64,000 nucleotides of DNA. Source: Cystobasidiomycetes sp. EMM_F5. Lineage: Eukaryota. The DNA lies in the NCBI GenBank assembly GCA_051047955.1, contig JBPGPT010000003.1:124001-188000 (forward strand), in the 5' to 3' direction. Made by a program: the position numbers and the translations under genes. Under the pieces are notes generated by a model. That model ran no database searches. It was not told the origin of the DNA and saw only the letters and a list, made by a program, of their open reading frames with translations. Positions 36,131 through 49,406 of this stretch are shown here, piece by piece (the stretch's first letter is position 1; every line of letters begins with the position of its first letter).

Positions 36131-38889
36131 ATGTTTGCAGGCATCAATACTGCAGGCCCACTGTCGCCGTCGCACTGGCTCAACTTTGACACGGCCGCCA
36201 TCGACTCGGGCAGCAGCACAAACAGCAATGGCCTGAGCGATGATGGCAACAGCATCGACTTCTTCAGGTGGGTTTGGTGTTGTCCTATCTGCAATCACAT
36301 TCCACGACTGACTGCTGTGCTTGTACTCTCCTTCCATCGCTGTCACCACCTCGTGCCTGTGCTGACGCGGCCACCCGACTTGCGTTGTGCCGATCGTCCA
36401 TCTGATTGTCTGCATCTTGGAAATCCCATCTTCACCGCCACGGATGGCTGGATGACACTCTCCATCGACATTGGTCATTGACCCACCACTCATCCCAACC
36501 ATGGACGACTTTGACAACCCCATCGACGTCTACAGAATGTACCTCGACATGCAGAATCAGCAGCAGAAGGAGTATGTCGCGCCTCAACAGAGCAACATCA
36601 CCCCTCCTACGTCTACTGGAGCAACAGTCTCCATGGCAGATATCGAGCAATGGCAGTCACTCCTCGCCAGTTCCAGCATGAACGGGCTGGGATCGGCTCG
36701 CCAGAACGACGACAATTCCTCACTCTTCCCGTTCGCCGAAGCTAGAAACGCTACCCCTCCCTCATCTACTACATCCTTCCCACCCTCGGCATTCTCACCA
36801 ACGTCCATCTCTACGGGATCAGACGTACCCATCGATCCTTCCACCCTGTTTGGAAGTATCTTTGGACAGATGCCATCTGCATTCATTGCGAATTCAGCAC
36901 CATCACAATCGATTCAGCCAAAGGTAGAGCCTGTCGATGCAGTCGTTTCTCCAGTGGCTGCACGCGCACCAGTCACGCAGAGCACATCTCGGAAACGTGG
37001 AGTTTCAGAATTGGCTATCCCTCCTATTCCGGAAGAAGAGGAGCACGATGGCATGTCTGACGATGACAGTCAGAGTGACGATTCACAAGACGATGACGAT
37101 ATCGACGAGGATGTCGGTCGTGGTCGTCGAGGTGGGCAAAAGGCGAGCAAAGCACGTAAAGTGACAAAGTCTACCACTGGCAAGAAGAAGGGTAGCAACA
37201 AGAAGTCGAATGCAGCATCCGTTGCAGCTGCACAAGACGTGCAATCGACAAACCAGGGTATCGTACATCCCCACGCACTGGTACCTGTGCCAGACTGGTC
37301 GGATCGGCCAAGCAAGGCAGATTACGACAAGCTGTCGAGTAAAGAGAAGAGACAGTTGCGCAACAAGATTTCAGCGCGCAATTTCAGACACCGTAGAAAG
37401 GCTCACATCGATACACTTGAAGAGCAGCTCGGCGAGAAGAATCAGGTGATTGACGTTTTGAGAGAGGAAGTTGGTACTTTGAGAGTGCGTTCGAAGCGGA
37501 GGATTGGTGTAAAAGGATGCTCGAGCTAATGTTTGTGGTTTTCGACAGTCGGAAAATCAGGGATTGAGAGCCGATATCGAAGTACTCAAGAAGAACTGGG
37601 AGAGTATTGCAGCAAAGATTACAGCTTCGACTGTTGCTGCTCCTACTCTTGCTCCCACTGCTTCCACATCTACACATCACTCATTATCTCCAGAGGAGGA
37701 TGACCTTTATGGTTCTGCCTCCCTTCCTGCCCTCTCTCCTCCTTCGTCCACGGCCAGCACGAATGGAGACAATGATTCCATCTTTGAGTCATCTTCAGTG
37801 TCCACCCTCACTGCACCATCCACATCGTCTAATTCTACAAAGCGCGCTACTAGATCTTCCGCGTCATCCTCCATCATCCGACCAAACACCCGCAAGGATC
37901 TGTCTGGAAACGGAAATGCATTCTGGGGCACAAATACTGGAACTGGCGGATGGTTTGGCGGAGGAAGGTCAATGGACGTCCATACTACTTTTGTACCGGA
38001 ACTGTCCCTCTCGCCTTTTGCTTCCCCTCCTCCGTTCATCAACTCCAACTCTGCTGCTCTTTTGGCTGAAAAGCCCAGACTCAACAAGGACTCCCTCGGT
38101 GCCTACTTTGCAAATATGCAGAGCAATCAAAGCCAGCCTCAGCCGTCTCCATTCAACCAATTCGCGTACGGCCAGAATATGAATCCAGCACTGAATGGCC
38201 TTTCGCAAGATCAGATGGAGAGGCTCCGAGAGACGCTCAATGCAGCTTCGGGAATGGATGGTCTCGTACCGAGTAGCAGTAAATCGAATAGCAAAGCGTC
38301 CTCCCCTTCTTCCTCGCCTGCTTCGTCCGCTGCTACACTGGCTTCATCCGGCGCATCGGACCACATCAGGGATGGGTTCTTTGAGTCCAATCCTGTCTTG
38401 TCGCTCCGTCCCGAGAAGCTTCAATCGTATCGCGGGCAACTGTACGGCAAGCTAGCACACAACTTTGCGGGTATAGCTGCCGTACAGTCTGCGAATCGTA
38501 ATGGGAGAGCGCCGCCTGAAGGACTTCGACCTGCCTTCTTTTCCAACAACAACACTGGCGACAAGGCTGTGCAAGCTGAAGCTGAGCTTGCAAGATTGCA
38601 AGCTGCGTCGCACACCAGCGACATGCGCACAGCGGGAGCTCTCGTTACGCAGACGCTCTTGACCAAGCTGTCGACTGCCTTCTGGGATGCGTTTGCCGGC
38701 GAAAATCCGTCGCAGCAGCACGGTATCCTGTCAAACAAGTCGAGCAGCAGGCAAAGCGTGGATCATCAGAAAGTGGCAGATGTCATCGGAGGCAAGAGCA
38801 GGCTTGCTGTCGTTCCCAATAAAGACGGTGACGCACTCGATGACATGACTGCACGTCTGGGTGGCCTACAACTACAGAAGAAGCAGTGA
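36131..38889 (+). CDS. bZIP transcription factor; 2 introns
   Basis: Basic region KLSSKEKRQLRNKISARNFRHRRKAHIDTLE followed by a leucine zipper spanning intron 2. Confidence 0.9.
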
Positions 38890-39398
38890 TAGGGCCCTAA
38901 CCCTAGACAAACGCTTCCATCTTTCGATATTTTCAATAAGCCGTCATTACTTTCTACATCTGCCCCTTTTGGCTGTGCAGCTGCAGCCTTTAATGTGCTC
39001 TGCAGTTTGAGCAAAACATGTATGAATATTGATTACACCTCTGTGAAGCCCGACTCCATTCAACAGAAATTTACAAATGTAACGAGTAGGATGACAATGT
39101 GAAACAATGCTACTTTTCACTAATGCACATTATAAGATGCCATGTATTGCTGTGGAAATTGCTTGCGACTTGAGGTATGTTTGACTCCTGAACGCTTTAC
39201 GTAATGTCTCAAACGCCAACAGGGAGACAGGCCGGTTGTCCTCTTATCATCAAAGTGAAAGTGATTCCAGCGCGGCATATACCCAAAGTGAGTTCTGTAT
39301 GACAATACAGCCAGTGCGAACAGTCTGTTGACCTTGGCTGCGTTGTGTTCGGAATCGCAATTGGTGACAGCATCATCGAATTCACAAATATTGCAAAC

Positions 39399-41016
39399 AT
39401 GGCAGCTTCCAAGGATATCCCTCGGTAAGCGAGCATCATCGTAATGTCTGCAGAATGGTAAAGACACTGATACTCCGGTGACAGGGAAATGACCGCGCTG
39501 TTTTACACGGCACCACGAGGTGCCTTATACCCGCCGTCATGATCTCGATACAAACTGATTCTTTACTTTCTTTACGACCCTCATGTGAATCACTCAATAT
39601 ACAGAGTTCTCCATCACCAAACGACCAGTCCCAGATATCACCGATGATGAATGCTTGCTCTCGGTCGACGCCTGCGGTGTGTGCGGCACTGATGCCCACA
39701 TTCACGAAGGCGAGTTCATTGCCAAGATGCCTCTCATCACCGGACACGAGGTGGTAAGTTGGCAGGGTACACATTTGTCGAACGACAAAGTTGATATTTG
39801 AGTGTTTCAGGTCGGAACCGTCGTCAAAGTCGGCAAGGGTGTTTCAACCCTGAAGGCGGGAGACCGTGTTGTTGCCGATGTTGGCGAGACCTGTGGCAGT
39901 ACGTTTATTCTCTCCCAATTGGCTTTCAACACGCGACTGACTCTCACCTGACAGAATGCTACCACTGCATTCGCGGAAGCGAGCTTTACTGTGAAAACTT
40001 CTCGCCAGTAAGTCGCAGCTGATCGGTGCAGTCTCACGCATATTTGTTTATTGAGAATCTGACCTTTCCAGCACGGTGTGTGCCAAGATGGTGGCTTTGC
40101 AGAATACTGCACATTCAAAGCAGCCAAGCTCTTCAAGATCAATAAATTGACTGACCTGGAAGCTACTCTGCTTGAGCCAGCATCTTGTGCCGTACACGGT
40201 CTCGACAGGCTGAACTTGAAGGGTACGCTGATTGTAGCTACGTTTGGCAATCCTTTGGAAACCGGCTAAATATCGTGCAGTTGGCTCCGAGTGCCTGCTT
40301 ATTGGCGCAGGCCCAACCGGTCTCATTCTGGCGCAGCTGCTCAAACTCAACGGCGCTTCTAAAGTCACACTCGCCGCAAATGCAGGCAAGAAGATGCAAA
40401 TTGCTCGTCAGCTCGATGCAGCCGATGAGTATGTCGATCTCGACCGCAAGAATGCAAAGGCACAGTGGGAACAGCTCAAGAAGGACAACCCGTACGGATT
40501 TGATGTGGTCGTCGAGGCGACCGGCGTAGAATCCATCGTAAACGATTCGTGGGTGCCTTTTCAAAGTAAAGTGTGGCGCCGGACTGATGTTGTCCCTGCA
40601 GTATCAACTACGTCAAGCGCGGTGGTACTTTGATGGTGTATGGCGTCTACAACGACTCTGCCAAGGTCACCTGGTCACCCAACAAGATTTTCTTGGTGAG
40701 TGTTGTCAGTCTGTGCGCGGTACTGCACCTGACTTTCCGAATTCACGGTACAGGACGAGATCAGGGTCTTGGGCAGCTTCTCACAAACGCACTGCTTCCC
40801 GGCGGCCGTAGCGTACCTTGAGAGCAAAAAGGTAAGTCAAAACAACCAGTCATTGGGTTTGTTGAGCTCAGCCATAAGCACGACTCGCAACAGGTCCGCG
40901 TGGATGGAATGGTTACGGATGTGTACAAGATTGAGGAATACCAGGATGCATTGGACAAGATGGCTTCCAGAGACTGCCTCAAGATTGTCATCTCGAACAA
41001 GCATGCCAAGAAGTGA
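39399..41016 (+). CDS. Zn-dependent medium-chain polyol dehydrogenase, D-arabinitol dehydrogenase-like; about 9 introns
   Basis: Motifs [18 protein letters not shown], structural-Zn CxxCxxC...[19 protein letters not shown] and DVVVEATG. Substrate is inferred. Confidence 0.88.
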
Positions 41017-41270
41017 TTGTCGGTATGTGGAAGGGCTGCCATGGCCGCGAGCGCGCAATGGCCTGTCTCTGGCGGAGAGCAGGGATAGCATTACTAGATT
41101 CCGATAATCCGTGCTGTATGTGCGGAAGCGTCGGTCAGCCTGTTCGGGGAATGCTTCAATCTGCATGATTTGTCGTGAGATTCAGCGACGTGGGATATCT
41201 TCCCTCGCTTGACCAAAATGATATGAACAACGCTCGGCAACACCAATAGGCAACATCCCGATCCTACACT

Positions 41271-41885
41271 CTAGGCGTCGTCCTTCTTGGGAATCTTGCC
41301 CACGCCCCTCGCCCTGTGCAAAGCAATGGTCAGAACGGCTTGCTTTGGTTGGGGTGGTGTGGCTTATGTCAAACATACATGTTTACTGTGCCGTAGACTG
41401 CACCGAACAGACCAACGGTAAACATCATAAGATATCCGCCTGCAATGGGGTCGTTTACACATTCGATTGGCGGGGCGAGAATCCAATCCAAGCAATGCCG
41501 GCGAGCAGAGAGGTTGCAGGCGTTAGACCCAGCGCAGAACACCGGAATACACACTACGGTGCCACTCACGCATGTACAGCTTCGCTCGCGGTAGCCGTTG
41601 ATGGATCAGCCTGTGGTCATTCTGCGAGGTCGAGTAACGATCAGCTTTCTCACTATCCTGGACGACCAGCCTCTGGCTTACCTGAAGACGCCTCTGCATC
41701 TCCGGAACATGATTGGGCTCTGTATAGACAGCAGCGTGCCGGCATATCAGATTTACATGGTTCCCGCGTTTGTCGAGAAAGATCGGATAGTCGCAGTTGC
41801 AGGCAGACAGTCAGCTTTCCTCTGTTCGGCAATTGATGGATTGAGCATGGTTGTGCTCGAACTGACTGTTGACGAGTGCGTCCAT
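41271..41885 (-). CDS. COX7: Cytochrome c oxidase subunit VII (COX7a family); 5 exons; only a fragment appears in the ORF track
   Basis: Manual splicing gives the 70-aa MDALVNKPNHVPEMQRRLQNDHRLIHQRLPRAKLYMRGYLMMFTVGLFGAVYGTVNMARGVGKIPKKDDA, with one TM helix and N.V...QR..Q / R.PR motifs. Confidence 0.82.
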
Positions 41886-42160
41886 GGCTGGCAATTGATG
41901 GCAACAATATGTGCTGTGAGTCCGAGAGCAAGGGTCGCTAGGCGAAATCGGGCACCTAATATACAATGCGGGCAGACGTCTCGATAAAGCGCACGGCTTG
42001 TATACTTCAATTGACACTACTTCATGAATGTCAGATAATTCTGACGGCATCATTACCGCCTCATTTCTGCACCGGCTTCTGCCGACTTGGTCTCCACACC
42101 GCCAGTCAGACATAGCTACGATGCTGCCTAGTCTGATGTGTGTATCGTGCTCGTCTTCGT

Positions 42161-42715
42161 CTATAAGATAAGTGGGGAAGTCAGTCGAGGTCCATTTTTT
42201 AGCGTCCCTCCCGCAATGACAGCGGCGACTGACCTTTCCCGTTGATTCAACGTATACCATCCCTTCGCATAGACATATAGATTTACCCAGCATGAATGCC
42301 AGTGTGCATCCGGCTTGCAAGACTTACAGTCGTCTCCCTTTGGATCGCATACTACGATGCTATTGCTTTGTGGACTGAAAAGCAGATGCGCAGCAGCGTT
42401 CTGATAGTGAACGCAGAAGCGTCGCCGATCATCAAAGGTAACTTTTTGGCCGTCGATATTCAGATATGGGCTCGTATCTTTCCGCTGATGCAGATCATCA
42501 ATGACATAAGCGCGGTTCAGTCTTGTGTACTCAAAGCGGGCCTGCCGGTTCCCAGTCATTGTCCAGCGATGCCAGTTGCATGAGGCAATAACAACCTGTA
42601 GTATAGCATCCCGATGCTGATTTGAAATTTACAGCGTCCAGGCTGCGCGAGATGAATTGTGCGTACGCAGCTTGTATGGGCGGATCCGATATCCCAAATT
42701 CTTGAACCAATGCAT
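42161..42715 (-). pseudogene. Orphan paralogue A; intron donor appears broken (CT instead of GT), so possibly a pseudogene or truncated
   Basis: MHWFKNLGYRIRPYK then RQARFEYTRLNRAYVI... aligns with paralogue B. The equivalent donor reads AAG|CTGCGT and there is an in-frame TAA inside the intron. Confidence 0.5.
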
Positions 42716-43112
42716 GTCAATGTATTGGTGAATTGTGGACGGGTCTATCGTTACTGTAGATCAGTACAGCTAGCGCGTTCCACCCTTAGCGACCTCAGTT
42801 GGTTATGTAGGGGATTAGTCGCCCTTGTGGTATGCACAGCCACGCTGTTCAGCTATTGCCAGATGCCTCAAGGGTAACGTTGCATGCAGCAGACATATTG
42901 CGATTCGATAATGTTACGATACCGCGGACGAATTGCGCAGTTGCGGCAAGCTCGCCATGCTAATCGCACGATGACGAAGCAGATCATCGTCAGTGCGGGT
43001 AACATCATCATGACCGAGCAAGAATTTTGTCAAGAAGTATATGCGTAGGGCAACTGTAGCCGCTTTAATGCTGCGTGACTAAATTGTGATTGCATTAAGG
43101 CCCTTGCCTTCG

Positions 43113-43729
43113 CTATGCGAAGCGCACCTTGTGATTCTTGACACGCGTCGGCCTTGGCTCTGTAACACTTCTCTGTGTAACTGGAGCTTGATCTTTGATG
43201 GCCGACACCACAGCTGAGCCCTCAGCTGCGCCTCTCTTCAAAGGCGACCAAAAAGTGGTAAACACGAAAACTTGGCACGGAAAGCTGTTCTTTCCCCGTT
43301 GCGTCGCACTTAGGGTGCCCGCTCCGGGATTAACGACCGCAATAGTATTAGTATGCGGATCGAAGAACATTTCTGACGAAGTGTGTCGAACTTGCTTTCG
43401 GAAAGCCTTCCAGGATTGAAGGGTAAATCTTGCTCCCTTGAGGCTTAGATACTGACTGCAACCTTTCTTTCGACAAGCTTCTCGGTATTCCTCTTGAATA
43501 AGGTAAGCATCTGCAAGTCTGGAGTAATCAAATCGAGCTTCGCGATAGCTCGACGAGGCGCCGTAAAGATTGACGGCTGGAGTGATACAAATTTGTGGCG
43601 TTGTACCAAGGTCCTGAGAGTAATCAGAGTAATAAGAGTAATAACAGTCAAAGGCCCAGTATTGTGATCCTGTAACGAGCGTACCTTGGTCGGGTCAAAG
43701 CGATGTCTCAGCTCCTTGTACCAACGCAT
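43113..43729 (-). CDS. Orphan paralogue B, ~180 aa, unknown function; 1 intron
   Basis: MRWYKELRHRFDPTK|DLGTTPQ...REARFDYSRLADAYLI...MFFDPHTNTIAVVNP...QVFVFTTFWSPL; canonical GTACGC...CAG intron. Confidence 0.7.
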
Positions 43730-44543
43730 TGTGTTGGATTTTATGCTCGTGTCGTGTCGCGAGTGACTTGCGTCAGCGGATGAGTGTTGATCAGCGAGCA
43801 GACCAACCTGAAACGCTGTACCATGGCCGGATTCACATGCACAGCTGAGCGATGTCAATTTCCAGATTGGAGAAACGCAACCATCGGTAGTGAACAGTGT
43901 GTGAGTAGCCGAGTGCGGATGTAGCTTCAGTCACCGGACGACACGCTATAGCCATAGTTTATGATGGTGAAGAGTGGAGAGGTGTACGTGCATCGCGTCA
44001 GCGTGTGCGGAAGCGCAGGACCATAATCCCAGTTCCCTGATAGCACATCAAGCCTCGAATATCCGACAGTGCTTCTGACGTGGTTAACGATGTCCTGGAG
44101 GTTTGTTACGGCCGTCCCAACGTTTGCGGAGTCACACCTCAGCGAGCTACAGCCTCAGCGCGAGAAGCTGAGGTTGGATCTTTTTGGTAGTTTTTCAGAG
44201 GACGACTCACGAGGAGCGACGCTTGCGTGCGACGAGTTTCCCAAATGTCGCTGACGGCGTTGCGACGTTTGCCACCACATTTCGGCTATCGACGTGATAA
44301 GACCGTATCGAGTGTCGGCCTCTGCGCAACAGCAACTCCATTCTGAATGTCAGTATGCTATGCGACGATGTGATTTCGCTATGCTTCCCCCTCCTGCGAT
44401 TCTGCTAGGCATAACAGGTTAATCGCTGCGACTGCAGACCAGGTGAATCACAAGCGTCAGCTGGTCATATCGGACGATCAGCAGCTCTGTTAAGTCAGCA
44501 TTAGTCGCATATTCGCTCGCTCCACAGGCTCTGGCGACTCTGC

Positions 44544-47500
44544 ATGTCGTCGAGAGCTGAAGACCTCGCACACCCTACTCAACCATCATCGTCGGTGGCC
44601 AATGCACCGAATAGCCCATACTCCAGAGTCTACAATGCAGCCACAAATGCAGCTCAGCCTCTGCTCGGATATCTCGCTGGAGCTGCCGGCGTCGCAATGG
44701 CAGCGGCGGGTGACCCTGGAGCATTGTCCGCCGTAACAAGCGGGGTCAACGTGGATGCCGCTCAAGCAGACAGACCAGTGACTCGGACTGCGTCAGTGCC
44801 CTCTTCTTCTTCTGTTCCCGGAGCGCAGTCCCTTGGAACAGCGGACGAAGAGACTCGTCGGAAAGATATCCGCAACCTCGACAACATCGTTGCTGTAGGT
44901 AGTGTGTTGACGGTGAGGTACGGCTCTGATTATTTGGCACCATACTACGTTACAGCAATTCTATGCCAAAGCCACGCAAATCATCACACAGGCCCGATTT
45001 ACGCATTTGCAAGCAGGGGAAGCGCACTCGAAGCCGTCAGAAAGCTCAGTTTCGAGAGGGGGAAGTACTTTAAGCTCGCGGAGTAACGCATCATCTTCCA
45101 AACGCAGTAGAAACCGATGGGTGAGCTGTGATATGCACGTTACGCTGATTATCAGTTTTCAATACTGATCGCGCAAACATAGTTTAATATCGAGATGGAA
45201 GAAACGGATACCTTTCGAGAAGAACTACGTACATGGCGTTCTGTTTCGACGCTTCTCGGTGGACAAGACGGGCCTTCGTCCGATGCCTCCGTTGTACAAT
45301 CTTCCAGTGCCATCGATCCCGGATCATCCGCCGAGCGCGAGGGAGCCGTTCCGACACTGGTCATTGAGGTTCTGCTTGATCTGTCGGACATGTCACCCAA
45401 TCAGGTCCTTGTGCTGAACAACCCAGAAGGGAAGCGTGTTCGGGTAGATCTACATCGCCGCAATAGCAGGACATCAACTGTTCTGGAGGACGGCGATTCT
45501 CGTCCAAACACATGTACGATAGTGCTCGAGCGATGGGCTCTCTCGCTAAAGCCATCTATACCGGCCATCTTGCCCGAATTACCAACCGTCTACAAACATT
45601 GCATAATAGTAAGGCACGAGCGATGGGTCAACGCCAGAGCTGACAGTCCGTCTTGCAGCTATTTCGAGCTCTGTATACACTTGTCAGGGCACTGCCCAGC
45701 TTTGAGTTCCATCGCAAGCAGAAGCGTAGGACTGGGCGGAGTGAACTCAAAATTGGTTGTCGATTGAGCACAATTGATCACACCGTTGCTTCAAGCACTG
45801 ACAGTTCTAGTCGAACATCTGATTCGAAGATCAGCGCAAACAATACGCGTGAACTCGGTATTGGTGAGTAAGCTCGTCCTAGACGACGCCAAATCTAACG
45901 CTATCGATATCATGCATCACAGAGGAGGCTCTCGGCAAAAGCGATCAATCGTTTTCAATTCAGGACTTTGCTTTCATGCCGGTCATTACGCCAATTGGGT
46001 GAGAATTACCCTGATTGCCTCAACCTATAGCTTTATCTTGATATGGCTTTTACGCAGTTCCTTGAATCTAAAGTGCACATACAGAAGCTGCGTGGACTTC
46101 AGTGTAGAGGAAGTCGAGGCTCTTCTGAGCTCGCGATTCATCGACGAAGACTTTTTCAAGCCGACTATGCGCAAATATAGCACTAGTACGGGCGCTACTG
46201 GGTCCTTGCCGAGTCGCAGCCGTACGGATAGCTCGACGAGCGTGAAGCCGATCTTGCATACCGGAACAGCAGCCGCGTCGCGCGATGAACGCCAAGAAGA
46301 GGAAGACGGGGCCTTCGTCATAAAGCAACGCCCCGAGACTAGCGTTCTTACTCGAATAGCGTCACATTCCGTAAGGGCTTCAGGAGTCTTTGCAGTAAAG
46401 GTATTCAAATCGCTGAAGCATTTTTGTCAGCCGAAATCTGTTCCGTCTGCGGACCTATCAAGGCGGCCTTCCGTTGGCACATCTCATCCTTTCAAGGCAT
46501 CGTCATCCGCAGTGAGACCGCTGTCGACCACGCCGCCGGATGGACTACAAGGGCTTGTAGGCAGGTTGTCAAGCAGCCCTGGATCCTCCAATTTCCCGTC
46601 AGCGCATCATGCTTCACTTCACGTTCCGATGTCTCGTCAGTTGAGCTCGCCCGGGCCCGGCCCTTCTGTTCAATCAGCTAGCGGGTCTATGGTTCAACGC
46701 TACTCTACTTCTCCCATGCAATCCAGCCCCCCGATTTCTGCTCTGACCGCGCTACGCAACACCACGTCGCCATTCGAGCGTAATTCGCCAAATCCAATTC
46801 ACCATGCGAGTGGAACGCAACCCATCGCAATGGCGACCGCCTATAGCAGTACTCCTCCCGGATCATCTAGTCCATCTCCAAGCTTGCTGCGTAGGTACTC
46901 CTCAGCTCGCTACTCTCGGAGTCTCGGCCAAGGCAGCTTGAGCTCAAGTCCGAACGACTATTCATGGGGGCACGATAGTAGCTCGCGTCGATCTAGGTTA
47001 TCGTCGATGCACCGGCCGGACGACATCACCTCCCCTAGCTCTTTACGCAGCGATAGCCATACTTCAGTGCAACCAAGTACAGCTGATGCTGACGCCATCC
47101 GAGATTTCCTCGGTATGCTAGACAGCCGGCCTGATTTGACAATGAGTCGGGCAGGATCGACACAGTTCGGAGTCACCAGAGGAGGCAGCCCAGCCCGAGG
47201 GACTATGTTCTCCCGCGTTCAGGCGGAAGAGAAGTTGCGTCATCTCGCTGAGTCTGTATACAAAGATTCAGGATCATCAGAGACATCGGTGTCAACGTCG
47301 GCCACACATAGCGTAAGCAATCGCCACACCTCGTTTGCTCAGCACGTACGAACAAGGTCTGGCGAGTACCAGATAGGGTCCTTACCATTAACGTCACGAC
47401 ACACGCCATCACCCGATTTGTACGCCGCCAGTTCAGCAGACGGCACTATTCCGCAGATACAAGCTGGTGTAGTCCCCACACTTAGGCAGCGTGCTTCTCA

Positions 47501-48014
47501 AGCACCAATGTCAGGTAGTATACCGGAGGAAGAATCGCATTCACTGATTCCTCGAACATCCAGCTCTGGCAGACAAATGGCTCAGCCATCCGCCACCCCT
47601 GGACCCGCTTCTCTCGAGAGCCAATTTCCTTTTCCTCGCTACGTGCCAGCGTCAATGCGACGCAGAGGTTCGAGCCAGAGCAGTGTACATAGGCCATCCT
47701 TGCTTGGGCTACACGGTCAAAGCGCATCACCTACCATGGCCCATGGCGGAGGCAGCAGTGCTATCTCTTCATCGCCTGAAGTGTCTCGGGAGCCAACCCC
47801 AGCCCAATCAAGGTCGTTCCCAGCTACTTCAGCCAGCGAAAGAGAAGCGATCGAAACGCAAGGTAGCATCGAAGGCGCTGATTCACAGCATTACGAATCT
47901 GCGGAAGAACAAGCTATGGCTCAGCTCGATCTTAGCAATGAGGAGGTCTCTGTAGCTGCTCCAGCACCGACTCTGCATCCATCCCACCACGGACACTATC
48001 GCTGGGATCGCTGA
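44544..48014 (+). CDS. ATG13: Autophagy protein Atg13 (HORMA domain plus Ser-rich disordered region)
   Basis: QFYAKATQIITQAR, NRWFNIE, FREELRTW, LVIEVLLD, IVLERW, ELPTVYKHCIILFRALYTLVRALP, TPIGSL. Confidence 0.92.
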
Positions 48015-48288
48015 TTTAAGTCTTGAATTCTCTATGAGTCTATTGTTGTTGTTCTAATATCACCCTGGTTGGAACATGCGCGTTTCGCTGTATAAAGTGG
48101 CACCGTAACCGCAGCACGGCAGCTGTAATAATCGATTTTGCTGGGTACAATTGTGTTGCGGCCTTGGAGCCACTGCATATAGCCAGTACAATTCATTCTG
48201 ACAACGCTCATACATTCTATTGCTCCAATCGAGGAGAACCCCAACATTTCGAGCACCCAAGCTCCTTTGGATCTGCTGGTACCACCCT

Positions 48289-49239
48289 TTACTTCTGCTG
48301 ACCCTTGATGAATTCGAGAGCCTTGCTGGCCGAGTCCTTTGGAGATATAGTATACTGAGCATCAATCAGCTTGCCGCCCTTCTCGACGATATAATGAGAG
48401 CGTTGGTTGCTCTTGACGCCCTTGGCGGCACCTAGCAGTTTGAGCAGCAATTGTGCGGGGTCACACAAGAAGGAATACTGGAAATTATTCTTCTCCTTCC
48501 AGCTGGCTTGAGACTTGGGAGAGTCTGACGAAAGGCCATATACTGTTTAGAGCCATATCGCATCAGCTTACACCGTTTGCGGGCGGATAAGAACTGGACC
48601 GCACCCTCGTAGCCCAGCGGACCAAACTCTGCATAGGAATCTCTGAAGAGACATGCTTGATTCGTACATCCAGGGGTGTTGGCCTGCATTGGTCAGCAGA
48701 TCAGCCTCGATATCGCAATTGACACTGTTGAGTAGTCGCAAGTGCTTCACCTTTGGGTAGACGAAGAAGACTACACCCTTCTCCTTCGTAATATCATCTA
48801 TGGAGACGTCCTCGTCCTTTTCATTCTTGAGAATAATTCCGCCTGGAACAGATTCCCCAACTTCGATGCGCTTGGTCTGTTTAGCGGCCTCTTTGTTTTC
48901 GGCTGGCACGGCAACACCCGTCTCAGCATCTTTATCTCCGACCTTCTCTGCAGTCTTGTCTGCGGCCTCCAGCTTGTCTCCATTCGCGCCAGGCTCGGTG
49001 GGCGCGTTAGCCGAGCTATCATCCTTGCCATCCTTATCTGTCGCCGTCTCGTCTGCGGCGGCAGTCTTTGCCTTTTTATTACCATTGCTCTTGGATTTCG
49101 GAGCAGCAGCCTTCTTTGACGCTGGTGGAGACGGTGCTTTATGGCCTCCGCCCCGGCTTGACCTGCGCAGCTGCTCGTTGCCAGTTGCAACAGCGGGCTC
49201 GTCTCCGTCTGCAGCGGCCGTGCGTTTCTTGGGCGGCAT
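48289..49239 (-). CDS. DOT5: Peroxiredoxin Q/BCP with basic N-terminal extension
   Basis: [21 protein letters not shown] (PxxxTxxC with a CxxxxC resolving Cys), VYGLSSD, RSHYIVEKGG. Confidence 0.9.
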
Positions 49240-49406
49240 GTTTATTTTGTGCTACGCGTGTTTGCTCGCTTTCAAACCTGTCACTCGCAACTTGCAATTG
49301 GTATAGGCTCGACTTGCCAACTTGGTATGTCGCACGTCTTGCTTTCAGCAATCGAAGTCGCAAAGACCCTGTTCGCTGGGTGTCTAGCATACGCAATGCT
49401 TCGCAG

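Noticed and set aside
38895..38905. ccctaacccta after the bZIP stop as a telomerase-RNA template or telomeric remnant
   Set aside because: An 11-nt match is plausible by chance in 64 kb, only ~500 nt of intergenic space is available, and no supporting structure was seen.
41598..41987. 129-aa plus-strand ORF
   Set aside because: It lies antisense to the COX7 exons and introns and has no recognisable features.
43617..43648. Short 9-nt tandem repeat (agagtaatm)
   Set aside because: About three degenerate copies inside an intron; there are no spacers, so it is not CRISPR-like.
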